Shown: positions 1 through 10,029 of the stretch, piece after piece | Layout: each line of letters starts with the position of its first letter | Position numbering within the stretch: position 1 is the stretch's first letter | Source: an uncultured Bacillaceae bacterium | Lineage (GTDB): Bacteria > Bacillota > Bacilli > Caldalkalibacillales > Caldalkalibacillaceae | Assembly: GCA_937967685.1 (NCBI GenBank) | Contig: CALBTX010000114.1 | Span: 5,570-69,569 of the forward strand | Length of the DNA stretch: 64,000 nucleotides | Direction: 5' to 3' | Made by a program: the position numbers and the translations under genes | Notes under the pieces: model-generated | The model's database searches: none | What the model was told of the DNA's origin: nothing | What the model saw: only the letters and a program-made list of their open reading frames with translations

Positions 1-668
1 GCTTCCAGGCTGCCAAAATCACCCACTTTTAAAATTTGGGAATGCAAGTCATATCCGTTGAGCAACTCCTGTTCGACGCGGCGTGTCGCTTCACTCATGA
101 ACAAAAAGCGCTGTTCGCCATGAACGAGTTGGAAAACGAGGGAGTTGTCTTTCATCCCTAACGACAGGGGAACGGTCGGGTGTAAGATATGTATGTTGCT
201 CTCTCCCCATTCTAAACTGTCCCCTCTTTTTAAAGCGTGTGCTTCAGTTGCTTCCCCCAGTTCCAACTGTTGAAAATAGTCCTCCAGATAGAATGGAAAA
301 TAAATTTGACGCGGCTCGTACGTGTCATAAATGTCCTTGAAATTGCCGAAATGTTCGTCCTGGGCATTCGTAATGACCAGCCGATCAATGTGGCGAATTT
401 CCTGTTCGTTGAAAAAGGAAAAAAGTTCATCTTTGGAAAAAGAACTGCCGGTGTCGACTAAAATCGTTTCTTCTTCGGGCGTTTGGATCAAAGTGGCTTC
501 TCCGCTCGTTAATTGAATAAAATAAACTTTCAACCCTTCGGCAGGAATGTTTTGCCGCAAATTTTCTTCGCCTAATGCGGCGCTCGCTGCTGTCGTGCTG
601 AACAAAAAAAAGACGGCGGCAAACATACCGGAAACAATGATTTGCCGTGGACCAGTTCGTCTGTTCAA
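1..668 (-). CDS. Secreted MBL-fold (ComEC C-terminal-like) protein with degenerate metal-binding motifs. This is the N-terminal part and the ORF runs off the window edge.
   Basis: Hand translation of the minus strand is open from 668 to position 1; the ORF track omits it because it is edge-truncated. There is a signal-peptide-like N-terminus (MNRRTGPRQIIVSGMFAAVFFLFSTTAASAALG). ITNAQDEHFG replaces the THxDxDH motif, and LKVGDFGS replaces LKVGHHGS. A TTG at 668 overlaps the upstream TGA as TTGA; the alternative ATG is at 626. Confidence 0.6.
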   Translation of the reverse strand, partial: MNRRTGPRQIIVSGMFAAVFFLFSTTAASAALGEENLRQNIPAEGLKVYFIQLTSGEATLIQTPEEETILVDTGSSFSKDELFSFFNEQEIRHIDRLVITNAQDEHFGNFKDIYDTYEPRQIYFPFYLEDYFQQLELGEATEAHALKRGDSLEWGESNIHILHPTVPLSLGMKDNSLVFQLVHGEQRFLFMSEATRRVEQELLNGYDLHSQILKVGDFGSLE

Positions 669-1840
669 CGGGCGTTCACCTGCTCCAAAACGGCGTATGT
701 GCGCTCGTAATCTTCGTTCTGCAAATGTTTTAGCCCTTGAATCAAAGGATGGTTTCCGTGTCTTTGCGCCAACAAATCGATGGCCTGCCCAGCCTTCTCT
801 TTTTCATTCCAGAGAAGCAGCATCCAAACATAAGCCATTTGGAGATCCGTGTCTTGCGGGAAGAGCGTCAGTGCTTTCAAAAACGTTCGCCGGCTTTTTT
901 CCTTGTCTCCCGCTAAACCGTAATTCCAGGCCAAACCAAACCAGGCCTGTTGTTTCATCGTCCGCGTGTTCACTTTCATAAACCGCTCATAACAATGGGC
1001 TGCCATCTGAAAATACGTTTTTTGTTCAAATTGCCTGGCCATGGCCAGCAGTAAATCCGGGTTTTCCTGGTGCTGCAAAGCTTCAAACCAAAAGGCGAAT
1101 CCTGTCTCTTCATCCCCCAATTGGTGATGGACCATCCCCAACATGAACAAACCTTTCCAGTCATCAGGGACAAGCTGATGATAAGCGCTGAATTTTTGTT
1201 GGCACAAATCAAATTGTTTCAACTGGTACAGCGTCTGGGCATGGTTGTAGAGCACGATCGGTTGCCACTCTTCTCTCAACTCATCCACACGCAATTTTTG
1301 AAAATAATGGTCGGCTTGTGCATAATTTTTTAAAGTTCCTTCAATACAAGCCAGCGCATGGACAGCCAGCTGCGTGAATTCCGGCCGCCTGCTCGTTTCC
1401 GCAAGAAACTGCAGATGGTATTTCGCTTTGTCCGTTTGAGAGTGCGCCAAATAAGCCTGACCCAAATAGAGACGGGCCGGCTCGAAATCGGGGACCTCGC
1501 TCAAAAGGGATTCCAGCCGCCTGATTGCTTCCGGAAACATTTGCAAGTCATAAAGTGCTTTAGCCCGTTTCCATTGCTGAATTTGTTCTTCGTTCGTTAA
1601 TGAAGGGGATGAATGTAAGTCGGGCCCACCTTCGTCATAAACCGTTTGCGTCCCGAATTGTTTATAGTGAGCCAACAGATCTTCAAGTTCAATCCATTCT
1701 TCCAAAATCATTTCACTTTCTTTTTGGATGGAGCGCAGTTCTTTTTCAAATTCGGAAAATTGCAGTTTGTTTTGGGCATATTGTTCAGCCAACCCGTGTA
1801 ATTTTTGTTTGATGTGAGTGAAAGCTTCTTTCATTTCCAT
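665..1840 (-). CDS. TPR-repeat protein (391 aa from the internal ATG)
   Basis: Long ORF 665..1939. The ATG at 1840 (MEMKEAF...) is preceded by GGTGG plus a T7 spacer and avoids overlapping panD. Repeated A/Y/L TPR-like helices run throughout. Confidence 0.7.
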   Translation of the reverse strand: MEMKEAFTHIKQKLHGLAEQYAQNKLQFSEFEKELRSIQKESEMILEEWIELEDLLAHYKQFGTQTVYDEGGPDLHSSPSLTNEEQIQQWKRAKALYDLQMFPEAIRRLESLLSEVPDFEPARLYLGQAYLAHSQTDKAKYHLQFLAETSRRPEFTQLAVHALACIEGTLKNYAQADHYFQKLRVDELREEWQPIVLYNHAQTLYQLKQFDLCQQKFSAYHQLVPDDWKGLFMLGMVHHQLGDEETGFAFWFEALQHQENPDLLLAMARQFEQKTYFQMAAHCYERFMKVNTRTMKQQAWFGLAWNYGLAGDKEKSRRTFLKALTLFPQDTDLQMAYVWMLLLWNEKEKAGQAIDLLAQRHGNHPLIQGLKHLQNEDYERTYAVLEQVNAR

Positions 1841-1917
1841 AAAAAAACCACCCAACAGGCTATTTTTCTTCAGTGTTTCACCACGGCGAAACATTATACC
1901 TGTCAGGTGATCGGATT

Positions 1918-2301
1918 TTAGCGGATCGTGCCGTGACATTCAGCATGAATTAGTTCCGCCACACGATTTCCTTCTCCAAGAATGGCAATTTTCGGTTTAT
2001 GCGCAACGGCTTCTTCATGACGCACAAAGGCGTAGGCCATAATAATCACCGTATCTCCCGGTTGAACCAGTCTGGCCGCTGCCCCGTTCAAGCAAATGAT
2101 GCCGGATCCTTTTTCACCGGGGATCACGTAGGTCTCCAAACGGGCGCCATTATTGTTATTGACCACCTGTACCTTTTCGTTGGGGAGGATGTCCACCGCC
2201 TCTAACAAATCTTCATCAATGGTGATGCTTCCCACATAGTTTAAGTTTGCTTCGGTCACTGTCGCTCGGTGCAGTTTGGCCTTCAGCATTTCACGCCACA
2301 C
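1918..2301 (-). CDS. panD: Aspartate 1-decarboxylase
   Basis: [25 protein letters not shown] contains the self-processing G-S site. GTG start has a GGGAGGG RBS 7 nt upstream. Position follows pan operon synteny. Confidence 0.95.
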   Translation of the reverse strand: MWREMLKAKLHRATVTEANLNYVGSITIDEDLLEAVDILPNEKVQVVNNNNGARLETYVIPGEKGSGIICLNGAAARLVQPGDTVIIMAYAFVRHEEAVAHKPKIAILGEGNRVAELIHAECHGTIR

Positions 2302-3176
2302 TGTTGAACCCTCCCGTCATTGTCTATATGCACGACGATGTTGTCAATCAAACGCGCTTTGCCAAATTTGACGGCCAAGGCGATAATAAACGTTTGTTGC
2401 AGATAATCAAGCTTTTGCAACCCCGGATAAGTACGGAGCTCCACATAATCAATTTCAGCGAGCGGCGCTCCTTCAATTTCAGTTCTAATGCGCTCTTCTA
2501 TCTTGCCGGGACGGCGCTCCCCTTTTTGCACTGCGTCATAAGCGTTCTTTAGGGAACGATACAGCACGGTGGCTTGTTTTCTTTCATCCGTTGATAAGTA
2601 AACATTTCTCGAACTTAAAGCCAGACCGTCACTTTCCCGGATAATGGGACAAGGGCGAATGTGCACGGGCACATTTAAGTCGTTGACCATTTGTTCAATG
2701 ATGGCCACCTGCTGGGCATCTTTTAAACCGAAATAAGCATAATCGGGTTGTATGATTTGAAACAATTTCATGACGACCGTCGCCACACCGTCAAAATGGC
2801 CGGGTCTCGATTTTCCGCACATCACATCCGATAATTCCCGGACAGATACGGTCGTTAAAGGCGCAGCGGAAGGATACATTTCGTTCGTCGATGGAGCAAA
2901 AATGACATCGACCCCGCGAGCTTGCGCTTTTTGCGCATCCTGTTCCAAATTGCGCGGATAGTCGGCGAAATCTTCATTGGCCCCGAATTGCAAAGGGTTG
3001 ACGAAAATGCTCATCACGACGAGATCACATTCCTGTCGAGCATGGTCGACCATACTTAAATGGCCTTCATGCAAATAACCCATTGTTGGAATCAGGCCGA
3101 TATTCAGCCTGGGATTGTCCGTCAGCAATTCCATGCGTTGTTCCCGCCACGCTTTGATCGTCCGAATAATCTTCAT
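2283..3176 (-). CDS. panC: Pantoate-beta-alanine ligase
   Basis: [18 protein letters not shown]-like motif. Overlaps the panD start and the panB stop. Confidence 0.95.
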   Translation of the reverse strand: MKIIRTIKAWREQRMELLTDNPRLNIGLIPTMGYLHEGHLSMVDHARQECDLVVMSIFVNPLQFGANEDFADYPRNLEQDAQKAQARGVDVIFAPSTNEMYPSAAPLTTVSVRELSDVMCGKSRPGHFDGVATVVMKLFQIIQPDYAYFGLKDAQQVAIIEQMVNDLNVPVHIRPCPIIRESDGLALSSRNVYLSTDERKQATVLYRSLKNAYDAVQKGERRPGKIEERIRTEIEGAPLAEIDYVELRTYPGLQKLDYLQQTFIIALAVKFGKARLIDNIVVHIDNDGRVQQCGVKC

Positions 3177-4027
3177 TAATTTTCATCCGCCTTTCCGCCG
3201 TACAACTGTCCCAATACTTGTTCATTCATCGAAAAGGAATGTTCTTCGGCAGGAAATGCCCTCGTTTTAACCTCTTGCACATAATGTTTAACCGCTTGAA
3301 TCAATTGCTGGTCGGCTTGGGCATACTGCTTGACAAACTTGGGATTTAAGTCACTGCCAAAACCGACGAGGTCATGAAAGACAAGCACCTGACCATCACA
3401 ATGAGGGCCGGCACCGATACCGATCGTCGGGACGTTGACCGATTCGGTGATTTTTTGAGCCAAAGCAGCCGGTATACATTCCAAAACAAGGGCGAACACT
3501 CCGGCTTCTTCCACTGCTTGCGCATCTGCGATTAACCGTTGGGCAGACTCGACATCTTTTCCCTGCACTTTATACCCGCCCAATTGATGAACAGACTGGG
3601 GCGTCAGGCCGATATGGCCCATGACAGGCACACCGGCCGCAACCAGTTTTTCAATCGTTGGGCACACTTCCCGGCCCCCTTCCAGTTTGACGGCTCGTGC
3701 GCCGCCTTCTTGCATCAAACGGGCGCTTGACTTTAACGTCTCTTCCAGTGGACCATGATAAGACAGAAAAGGTAAATCGGCGACGACAAGCGCCTTGTCA
3801 GTCCCCCGGGTGACCGCTTTCGTATGGTGGAGTATATCATTGACCGTCACCGGGACGGTCGAATCATATCCCAAAACAACCATGCCGAGTGAATCGCCGA
3901 CGAGGATGATTTCAATGCCCGCCGCATCGACCACTTTTGCCGTCGGGTAATCGTAAGCGGTGATCATCGCAATCGGTTCACGATCCTCTTTCATTTTTCG
4001 CAAAGTGGCTGTTGTCACTGGACTCAT
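3176..4027 (-). CDS. panB: 3-methyl-2-oxobutanoate hydroxymethyltransferase
   Basis: ITAYDYPTAK...VGDSLGMV motifs. Internal ATG at 4027 has a GGGAGGA RBS. The longer ORF to 4186 would run through an upstream terminator. Confidence 0.93.
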   Translation of the reverse strand: MSPVTTATLRKMKEDREPIAMITAYDYPTAKVVDAAGIEIILVGDSLGMVVLGYDSTVPVTVNDILHHTKAVTRGTDKALVVADLPFLSYHGPLEETLKSSARLMQEGGARAVKLEGGREVCPTIEKLVAAGVPVMGHIGLTPQSVHQLGGYKVQGKDVESAQRLIADAQAVEEAGVFALVLECIPAALAQKITESVNVPTIGIGAGPHCDGQVLVFHDLVGFGSDLNPKFVKQYAQADQQLIQAVKHYVQEVKTRAFPAEEHSFSMNEQVLGQLYGGKADEN

Positions 4028-4149
4028 CACGATTCCTCCCTCTAGAAATCTTGTTCGCTTCAAAAAAGCAGCTTGCATTCTAAAATGGCCAACAGAGCGA
4101 TCAGCAGACGCCGGCCAAGACGCCGTCACGAGACAAAGAACGTCAACAG

Positions 4150-4184
4150 CAAAATAAAAAACCTTCCGCGGGCAGCAGAAGGTC
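4150..4184 (-). terminator. Intrinsic terminator after birA
   Basis: On the minus strand: ACCTTC-tgctgcccgcg-GAAGGT followed by TTTTTTATTTT. Confidence 0.6.
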
Positions 4185-4373
4185 ACCTAGACACATCGGT
4201 CTTTACCTTAAAAATCGATGTCCTTTACGATCCTTCTGTCCCCGTTCAAGCGGTTGACTCGAGGCAGAATACTCGTCAAAAAAGAACGATGCAGTTTTCA
4301 AATGAACGGCATGATGGCCGGTATGGTTCCTTAACGGATACCATCCGCTTTTCATTATATCAGAAATAAGATG

Positions 4374-5357
4374 TCATGTCTTAAGATCGGCCGAATAAAT
4401 TTGCCGAATGTTTCCATTTGCTTCTTCCAATAATAATATCCCTTCATCCGTAATCCCTGTGGCCCGTCCTTCATATTGGCCCTCCATGGTCCGGGCAATG
4501 ACACGTTGGCCTAATGATACACTGTATGTTTCCCACAGCGTTTTGATCGGACGAAAGCCTTTTTCAAGGTACAGTTCATACAAACGCTCCCATTCTTCCA
4601 GAACATGAATGAGACACGCTTTCCGATCGATTGGTTTTCCCGCTTCCATAGCCAGAGAAGTGGCCCCTTGTTGCAGATCGGCTGGAAAATCCTCTGTTTT
4701 CTGATTGACATTGATGCCGATGCCTATGAGCACCACATGCACTCGATCAGATTCGGCATCTAATTCAGTGAGAATGCCGGCCACCTTTCGCCCGTTGATC
4801 AGTAAATCATTGGGCCATTTAATACCTATATCGAGATGGGTCACTTGGCGTAAAGCACGCGTGGCGGCCACCGCCGAAAGCAGAGTCAATTGCGGAATTT
4901 TCGATAAAACCAGGTCTGGACGAACGAGCAGACTGAGCCAGATGCCCGTCCCCGGCGGAGAATGCCACGGACGCCCCAAACGCCCTTTCCCGTTTGTTTG
5001 CTGCTCTGCCAAAACAACCGTTCCCGAAGAACTCCCTGTCCTTGCTAATCGCTTGGCTTCCTGCTGAGTCGATTCGCTGCGCTCAAAAACATGAATATGC
5101 TGTCCTACCCACTCTGTGGATAAATGCGGAAGCAACGTCGAAGCGGATATTTGAGCCGGTTCTTGAATGAGTCGGTAACCTTTCTTGCGCACCGCCTCAA
5201 TCTGAAACCCCTCTGATTTCAAGTCTTCAATATATTTCCAAACAGCTGTCCGGGAAATATTTAAACGATTGCTTAACATTTCACCGGAGACAAATTGTCC
5301 TTTTTCTTCAACAAGATACTGCAGTAACTGTCTGCGGTTAGCATTCATCGCTGTCAC
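4374..5357 (-). CDS. birA: Bifunctional biotin-[acetyl-CoA-carboxylase] ligase / biotin operon repressor
   Basis: N-terminal HTH (ISRTAVWKYIEDLK) plus the GKGRLGRPW biotin-binding loop. Start codon is uncertain (GTG 5357 or ATG 5348). Confidence 0.93.
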   Translation of the reverse strand: MTAMNANRRQLLQYLVEEKGQFVSGEMLSNRLNISRTAVWKYIEDLKSEGFQIEAVRKKGYRLIQEPAQISASTLLPHLSTEWVGQHIHVFERSESTQQEAKRLARTGSSSGTVVLAEQQTNGKGRLGRPWHSPPGTGIWLSLLVRPDLVLSKIPQLTLLSAVAATRALRQVTHLDIGIKWPNDLLINGRKVAGILTELDAESDRVHVVLIGIGINVNQKTEDFPADLQQGATSLAMEAGKPIDRKACLIHVLEEWERLYELYLEKGFRPIKTLWETYSVSLGQRVIARTMEGQYEGRATGITDEGILLLEEANGNIRQIYSADLKT

Positions 5358-6573
5358 GCTCCATTAAGTAAGCCAGCAACTGATCCCTGTCATTTTCTAC
5401 GTGACCGTCAAGCACGGCTTTTTGCAGCTTGCGCAAAGTTTGCTGGATCCATGGCCCCGGTTTTTTGGTATAGATATCCAAAAGATCTTTTCCATTCACG
5501 CGCAGATCTTGTTTACTCTGTAAGGGCAATGCCCTGAAAGTGCGGTGGAGGGCCGTCAGTCGTGCAGGGTCAATCTGACCGTGCTGTTTGACGAGATTGA
5601 TTTTTAGAACGGAGGCAAGCGTCGATTCACCGATGTCAAACATTTCATACGTCGTCAGTTGCTCTAAATGCGTGATGGCCGCATAATGCCTGATGTATGA
5701 GAGCAGAGTGCGAACTTGTCTGGCAAACGCTTTTGTTAAACGTAATTGCTTTAAAAAAACACCCGCCTCTTCTTCTGTTGCCAAAGATAAAAACAGTGCC
5801 CAGCGCTCGACAACGCTTAACGGATAAAGCGGGTAGTGCCCAATCTCGACAAATGATTGTTCAACCGCCGAAAATGGCGCCACCTTCCGAGCAATACCGT
5901 TCTGTGCATAAGCGAGCAAGCCCGTGTCAACAAAAGGGGCGGCCATCGTTTTTTCAAATTCGGCGGTGATCCGCTCCATGGAGATCCGCTCCAGAAGCTC
6001 GGCAGACGCTTGGATGTGCCGCTCGACTTGATCCTCTAGACGAAAGCCGAGCTGGGCGCCGAAACGGATGGCCCTCAACATGCGTAAAGCATCTTCCTGA
6101 AAACGCTCCGCGGGAGCACCGACCGTGCGGATGACCCTCCGTTTCAAATCTTCAAGGCCTTGAAAGTAGTCCACAATTTGATCATCCTTGTCCATGGCCA
6201 TAGCATTCATGGTAAAATCCCGCCGGATTAAGTCGTCTTTCAAGAGGCGGACATAGCGGACATGATGCGGCCGTCGATGGTCCGTATAGACTCCATCCCG
6301 GCGATATGTCGTCACCTCAAAAGGCTGATTGTCGACGAGCACGGTGACTGTGCCGTGCTTCAAACCGGTAGGAATCACCCGTTCAAACAGCCGGCGGACT
6401 TCTTGCGGATGAGCCGCTGTGCAGATGTCCACATCATGAACGGGACGGTTCAGCAGCATATCACGCACACACCCGCCGACGACAAACGCTTCGTGTCCGT
6501 TTGCCTCTAACGTTTGCAAAATGTTTTTTGCCTTGCTTAACAAATCCTTCGCCTTGGCAAACAATCTCATCAT
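5338..6573 (-). CDS. cca: CCA-adding tRNA nucleotidyltransferase
   Basis: GGCVRDMLL...DVDI polymerase-beta nucleotidyltransferase motif; RRDFTMNAMA. Synteny supports the call. Confidence 0.93.
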   Translation of the reverse strand: MMRLFAKAKDLLSKAKNILQTLEANGHEAFVVGGCVRDMLLNRPVHDVDICTAAHPQEVRRLFERVIPTGLKHGTVTVLVDNQPFEVTTYRRDGVYTDHRRPHHVRYVRLLKDDLIRRDFTMNAMAMDKDDQIVDYFQGLEDLKRRVIRTVGAPAERFQEDALRMLRAIRFGAQLGFRLEDQVERHIQASAELLERISMERITAEFEKTMAAPFVDTGLLAYAQNGIARKVAPFSAVEQSFVEIGHYPLYPLSVVERWALFLSLATEEEAGVFLKQLRLTKAFARQVRTLLSYIRHYAAITHLEQLTTYEMFDIGESTLASVLKINLVKQHGQIDPARLTALHRTFRALPLQSKQDLRVNGKDLLDIYTKKPGPWIQQTLRKLQKAVLDGHVENDRDQLLAYLMERDSDEC

Positions 6574-6612
6574 CCGCTTTCACATAAACAAGCCCTTATG
6601 TCATAAACTAAC

Positions 6613-6697
6613 ACTGCACTTGTCACAAGTACATTCATTTGCCCTAGTACTCTGATGGACTGCACTTGTCACAAGTTCAAACATTTGCCATAAGTAC
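6613..6697. repeat. Two direct copies (38/39 nt, 46-nt period), each carrying the 13-bp palindrome ACTTGTCACAAGT
   Basis: Copy 1 is 6613-6650 and copy 2 is 6659-6697. The first 18 nt are identical and TTTGCC..TAGTAC/TAAGTAC is conserved at the end. Confidence 0.8.
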
Positions 6698-6715
6698 ACC
6701 GATGGAGGAATGCGT

Positions 6716-6784
6716 ATGAGAACGATATATGGCCTCATGATTATGCTGGCCAAAATCATGCAAAGCAGAAAAAGATTCCGGTAA
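6716..6784 (+). CDS. Candidate 22-aa micro-ORF (MRTIYGLMIMLAKIMQSRKRFR)
   Basis: GGAGGA sits 6 nt upstream of the ATG. The peptide has a hydrophobic core and a basic tail. It converges on the bshA stop 5 nt away. It falls below the ORF-track length cutoff. Confidence 0.3.
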   Translation: MRTIYGLMIMLAKIMQSRKRFR

Positions 6785-6789
6785 AACAG

Positions 6790-7926
6790 TTACGTCTCAG
6801 CCAGTACTGATTCATAAATATCGATATACTGCCGTAAAATATCCCGAGCGTTAAAATGTGTACGGGCTCTCTCAATCGATGCAGCAGAAAAATGGCGGTA
6901 CATCTCCTCATTTTGCAACAAGCGGATGGCCGCCGAGGCCATTTCTTCCGTCGCCCCAATGGGATAAACAAATCCGCTTTGCTCGTGCTTAATCAGTTCC
7001 GGCAGTCCCCCGGCGTCCGAGGCAACAACAGGAACACCGCAAGCCATCGCTTCCAACGCCACCAAACCAAAACTCTCCTGTTCAGAAGGAAGCAGCATAA
7101 TGTCTGTTTGAGATAAAATTTCAACAATATTCTTTTGTTCACCGAGAAAGATGACTTTCTCCTCCAAACCGGAGTTTTTCAGCAGCTGACAAGCTTTGGG
7201 AAAGTCCGGGCCCTCTCCGATTAAGACGAGTTTGGCTCGTACTTGTCTAGCGATGATTTGAAAAACTTTGACGACATCAGCCACCCGTTTGACCGGCCGA
7301 AAGTTGGAAATATGAACGACCAGCTTTTCATCAGGGTCAGCTAACGTGCCGCGCAGCGCCGCTGACTTTTGAGGATAGTAAACGCGTTCGTCCACAAAAT
7401 TATACACTTTGCGAATCGGCTGATTGACTTGAAACAAATCATACGTTTGCCGGATGAGATGCTCGGAGACGGCGGTGACACTGTCGGACTTTTCAATTCC
7501 GAAGCGAATCATGTCTTTCAATGATTCATCATAGCCCAAAACGGTAATATCCGTCCCATGCAAAGTCGTGATCACTTTCAACGGATGAGCCGTCAGCTGC
7601 TTGGCTAAATAAGCACAGATTGCATGAGGAATCGCATAGTGGACATGTAACAGATCCAAACGTTCCCGGTTGGCCACTTGAGCCATTTTATTCGCCAATG
7701 TTAAATCATAAGGCGGATAGCGAAAAACAGAGTATTGATTCACTTCCACTTCATGATAAAAAATGTTCGGATTATAGCCGTTGAGCCTGAACGGCATGCT
7801 TGAGGTGATAAAATGGACTTCATGTCCCGCTTCAGCCAACAGTTTGCCCAGCTCCGTGGCAATGACTCCTGATCCCCCTAGAGTTGGATAGCAGGTAATT
7901 CCTATTTTTAATAATTTTGCGGACAT
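6790..7926 (-). CDS. bshA: N-acetyl-alpha-D-glucosaminyl L-malate synthase (bacillithiol biosynthesis, GT4)
   Basis: KIGITCYPTLGGSGVIATELG start; GT4 EQESFGLVALEAMACGVPVV motif. Synteny supports the call. Confidence 0.92.
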   Translation of the reverse strand: MSAKLLKIGITCYPTLGGSGVIATELGKLLAEAGHEVHFITSSMPFRLNGYNPNIFYHEVEVNQYSVFRYPPYDLTLANKMAQVANRERLDLLHVHYAIPHAICAYLAKQLTAHPLKVITTLHGTDITVLGYDESLKDMIRFGIEKSDSVTAVSEHLIRQTYDLFQVNQPIRKVYNFVDERVYYPQKSAALRGTLADPDEKLVVHISNFRPVKRVADVVKVFQIIARQVRAKLVLIGEGPDFPKACQLLKNSGLEEKVIFLGEQKNIVEILSQTDIMLLPSEQESFGLVALEAMACGVPVVASDAGGLPELIKHEQSGFVYPIGATEEMASAAIRLLQNEEMYRHFSAASIERARTHFNARDILRQYIDIYESVLAET

Positions 7927-7927
7927 G

Positions 7928-8647
7928 TCATACCCCTTTCCTTAAAATCAACTGTTGGAGAAGAAGAGGTTGTTTCACAACAAACGCTTCCGCATAACGA
8001 ACATTGACCCATTTGCCGAAAAGTTGGTCTCGTGCTTCAATCGCTTCCACAAATCCGGTGTTTAAACGCGTTTCAACTTCAGCAGCCTCTGCTTGAAACT
8101 GTGAAGCATAAGCGAGCAGAGCCTTTTTTTTGATCTCCATCTGTTCCGAAATGTCGATGATCACATCGGGCTTGGCCACTTCGTTAAAAAAATAATAATA
8201 CATTTGTTCCACTCGGTGGGGAGGGACAGCGTCCTGCTCCCTTTGATATTTGCGGATGTTGGCTGAGAAAACAGCTTCCTCGACAATCCGCGCCGTCTGG
8301 CGATGATCGGGATGACGATCTTCAGCATAAGGGAGACACACCACTTTAGGTCGAAAGCGACGAACCAAAACGACGATCTTCCATAACAGAGCATCGTTCA
8401 CTGTTAATCCCCTGTCGGGAAACCCCAAATTGACCCGCTGCTCTACGCCTAAAATGTCTGCGGCCTGAGCGGCCTCCCTTTGTCTGCCCGCCACCGTTCC
8501 GTTAGATGACAGTTCCCCTTTCGTCAAATCAACGATGCCCACTTTGAGACCGTCCCGCACATGTTTATGTATCGTACCGGCCATGCCAATTTCCACGTCA
8601 TCAGGATGAGCGCCAAAACAGAGCATGTCCACCGTATGCTGATCCAT
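7928..8647 (-). CDS. bshB1: Bacillithiol biosynthesis deacetylase (LmbE family)
   Basis: FGAHPDDVEIGMAGT LmbE motif. The internal ATG at 8647 avoids overlap with mgsA. Confidence 0.9.
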   Translation of the reverse strand: MDQHTVDMLCFGAHPDDVEIGMAGTIHKHVRDGLKVGIVDLTKGELSSNGTVAGRQREAAQAADILGVEQRVNLGFPDRGLTVNDALLWKIVVLVRRFRPKVVCLPYAEDRHPDHRQTARIVEEAVFSANIRKYQREQDAVPPHRVEQMYYYFFNEVAKPDVIIDISEQMEIKKKALLAYASQFQAEAAEVETRLNTGFVEAIEARDQLFGKWVNVRYAEAFVVKQPLLLQQLILRKGV

Positions 8648-8678
8648 ATGACCACCCTTTCCGGTCAATCTCTCTCGC

Positions 8679-9083
8679 TTATTCATCGTTGCGCAGTTCG
8701 GAACGCCAATCCAAATAGCCGGACTGGACGGCTTTAATAAGCATTTCAGCTGTGGCCATATTGGTGGCCAAAGGAATGCGATGCACATCACACAGACGTA
8801 ACAAAGCGATGATATCCGGCTCATGCGGTTGAGCCGTCAACGGGTCGCGAAAAAAAAGAACCATATCCATCTGACCTTGAGCGATTAAAGAGCCGATTTG
8901 CTGATCTCCACCTAAAGGACCGGACAACAGCCGGATCACTTTGAGCGGCGTGTTTTCCATAATCCGCTTGCCGGTCGTCCCCGTGGCATACAAATGATGG
9001 TTTTTGAGAATCGGTTCATAAGCCGTTACAAAATGAATCATGTCTTTCTTTTTTTCATCATGGGCAATCAGGGCGATATTCAT
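8679..9083 (-). CDS. mgsA: Methylglyoxal synthase
   Basis: [15 protein letters not shown]...LYATGTTG...[10 protein letters not shown] matches MgsA almost end to end. Confidence 0.95.
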   Translation of the reverse strand: MNIALIAHDEKKKDMIHFVTAYEPILKNHHLYATGTTGKRIMENTPLKVIRLLSGPLGGDQQIGSLIAQGQMDMVLFFRDPLTAQPHEPDIIALLRLCDVHRIPLATNMATAEMLIKAVQSGYLDWRSELRNDE

Positions 9084-9105
9084 TCGTTTCCTGTCGTTTG
9101 ACCGC

Positions 9106-9909
9106 TTACTCATTTTCAAGTACACGGTCCAATCCGTAGACAAATTTGCTTAATTCCATCACTTTCCTAATCGCCAGACGCACCCCGGGCATAAATGATC
9201 GGCGATTGATGGAATCATGACGAATGGTCAAAGTTTGCCCCTCACTGCCGAAAATGACCTGTTGATGAGCCACCAATCCAGGCAAACGCACGCTGTGGAT
9301 GGGGAAACCTTCATAAAAAGCGCCTCTTGCTCCATCCAGCGTTTCTTTTTCATCGGGATGTCCTTGTTTATGTTCTTTCCTCACTTCAGCGATCATCTCC
9401 GCTGTTTTCAACGCCGTTCCCGAAGGCGCATCCAGCTTCCGATCGTGGTGCATCTCGATAATTTCTACGTCGGGCATATATTTTGCCGCTTCCCGGGCAA
9501 ACTTCATCATTAAGACCGCTCCGAGGGCAAAGTTAGGAGCGAGAATGGCCCCCATTTGTTGCCGATGACATAACTGTTCTATTTCACTGATTTCTTCCGA
9601 AGTCAAACCTGTTGTTCCGATAACAGGACGCACCCTGTACTTAATGGCCAAATCGGCATGTCTTTTGACATGCTGCGGTGTCGTAAAATCAACGAGAACG
9701 TCTGCCTCTGTTTGTTCCAGCACGCGTTCAAGATCGTTATAAAAAAGGACGCCCATCGGCCCCATACCGATCACTTCGCCGACATCAACGTTGTTTAAGG
9801 TTGAATCCACGGCAGAGACGAGTTGTAAATCCGGATCATCGGCAATCATTTTGATGGTTTCCGAACCCATCTTCCCTTTTCCACCTGCTACGATCACTCG
9901 GATAGGCAT
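9106..9909 (-). CDS. dapB: 4-hydroxy-tetrahydrodipicolinate reductase
   Basis: [11 protein letters not shown] Rossmann motif; [18 protein letters not shown] signature. Confidence 0.95.
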   Translation of the reverse strand: MPIRVIVAGGKGKMGSETIKMIADDPDLQLVSAVDSTLNNVDVGEVIGMGPMGVLFYNDLERVLEQTEADVLVDFTTPQHVKRHADLAIKYRVRPVIGTTGLTSEEISEIEQLCHRQQMGAILAPNFALGAVLMMKFAREAAKYMPDVEIIEMHHDRKLDAPSGTALKTAEMIAEVRKEHKQGHPDEKETLDGARGAFYEGFPIHSVRLPGLVAHQQVIFGSEGQTLTIRHDSINRRSFMPGVRLAIRKVMELSKFVYGLDRVLENE

Positions 9910-10029
9910 GGCAAGAAACACTCCTTATGTATCGATGGCTTTTTAGGCTGAAGAGCACTATAATGTACCTACATTTTACTATATGACGACTGATTTGACT
10001 ATGTAGTTGCCCAAAGGAGGTACGAACAT

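Noticed and set aside
4073-4369. A 98-aa plus-strand ORF fills the birA-panB spacer.
   Set aside because: It has no RBS, it runs antisense through the birA terminator, and its product has arginine-rich, low-complexity, shadow-like composition.
4360-4387. A possible duplicated unit (tca-N4/5-taagat) lies at the birA stop.
   Set aside because: Only about 9 matching bases, which could easily arise by chance.
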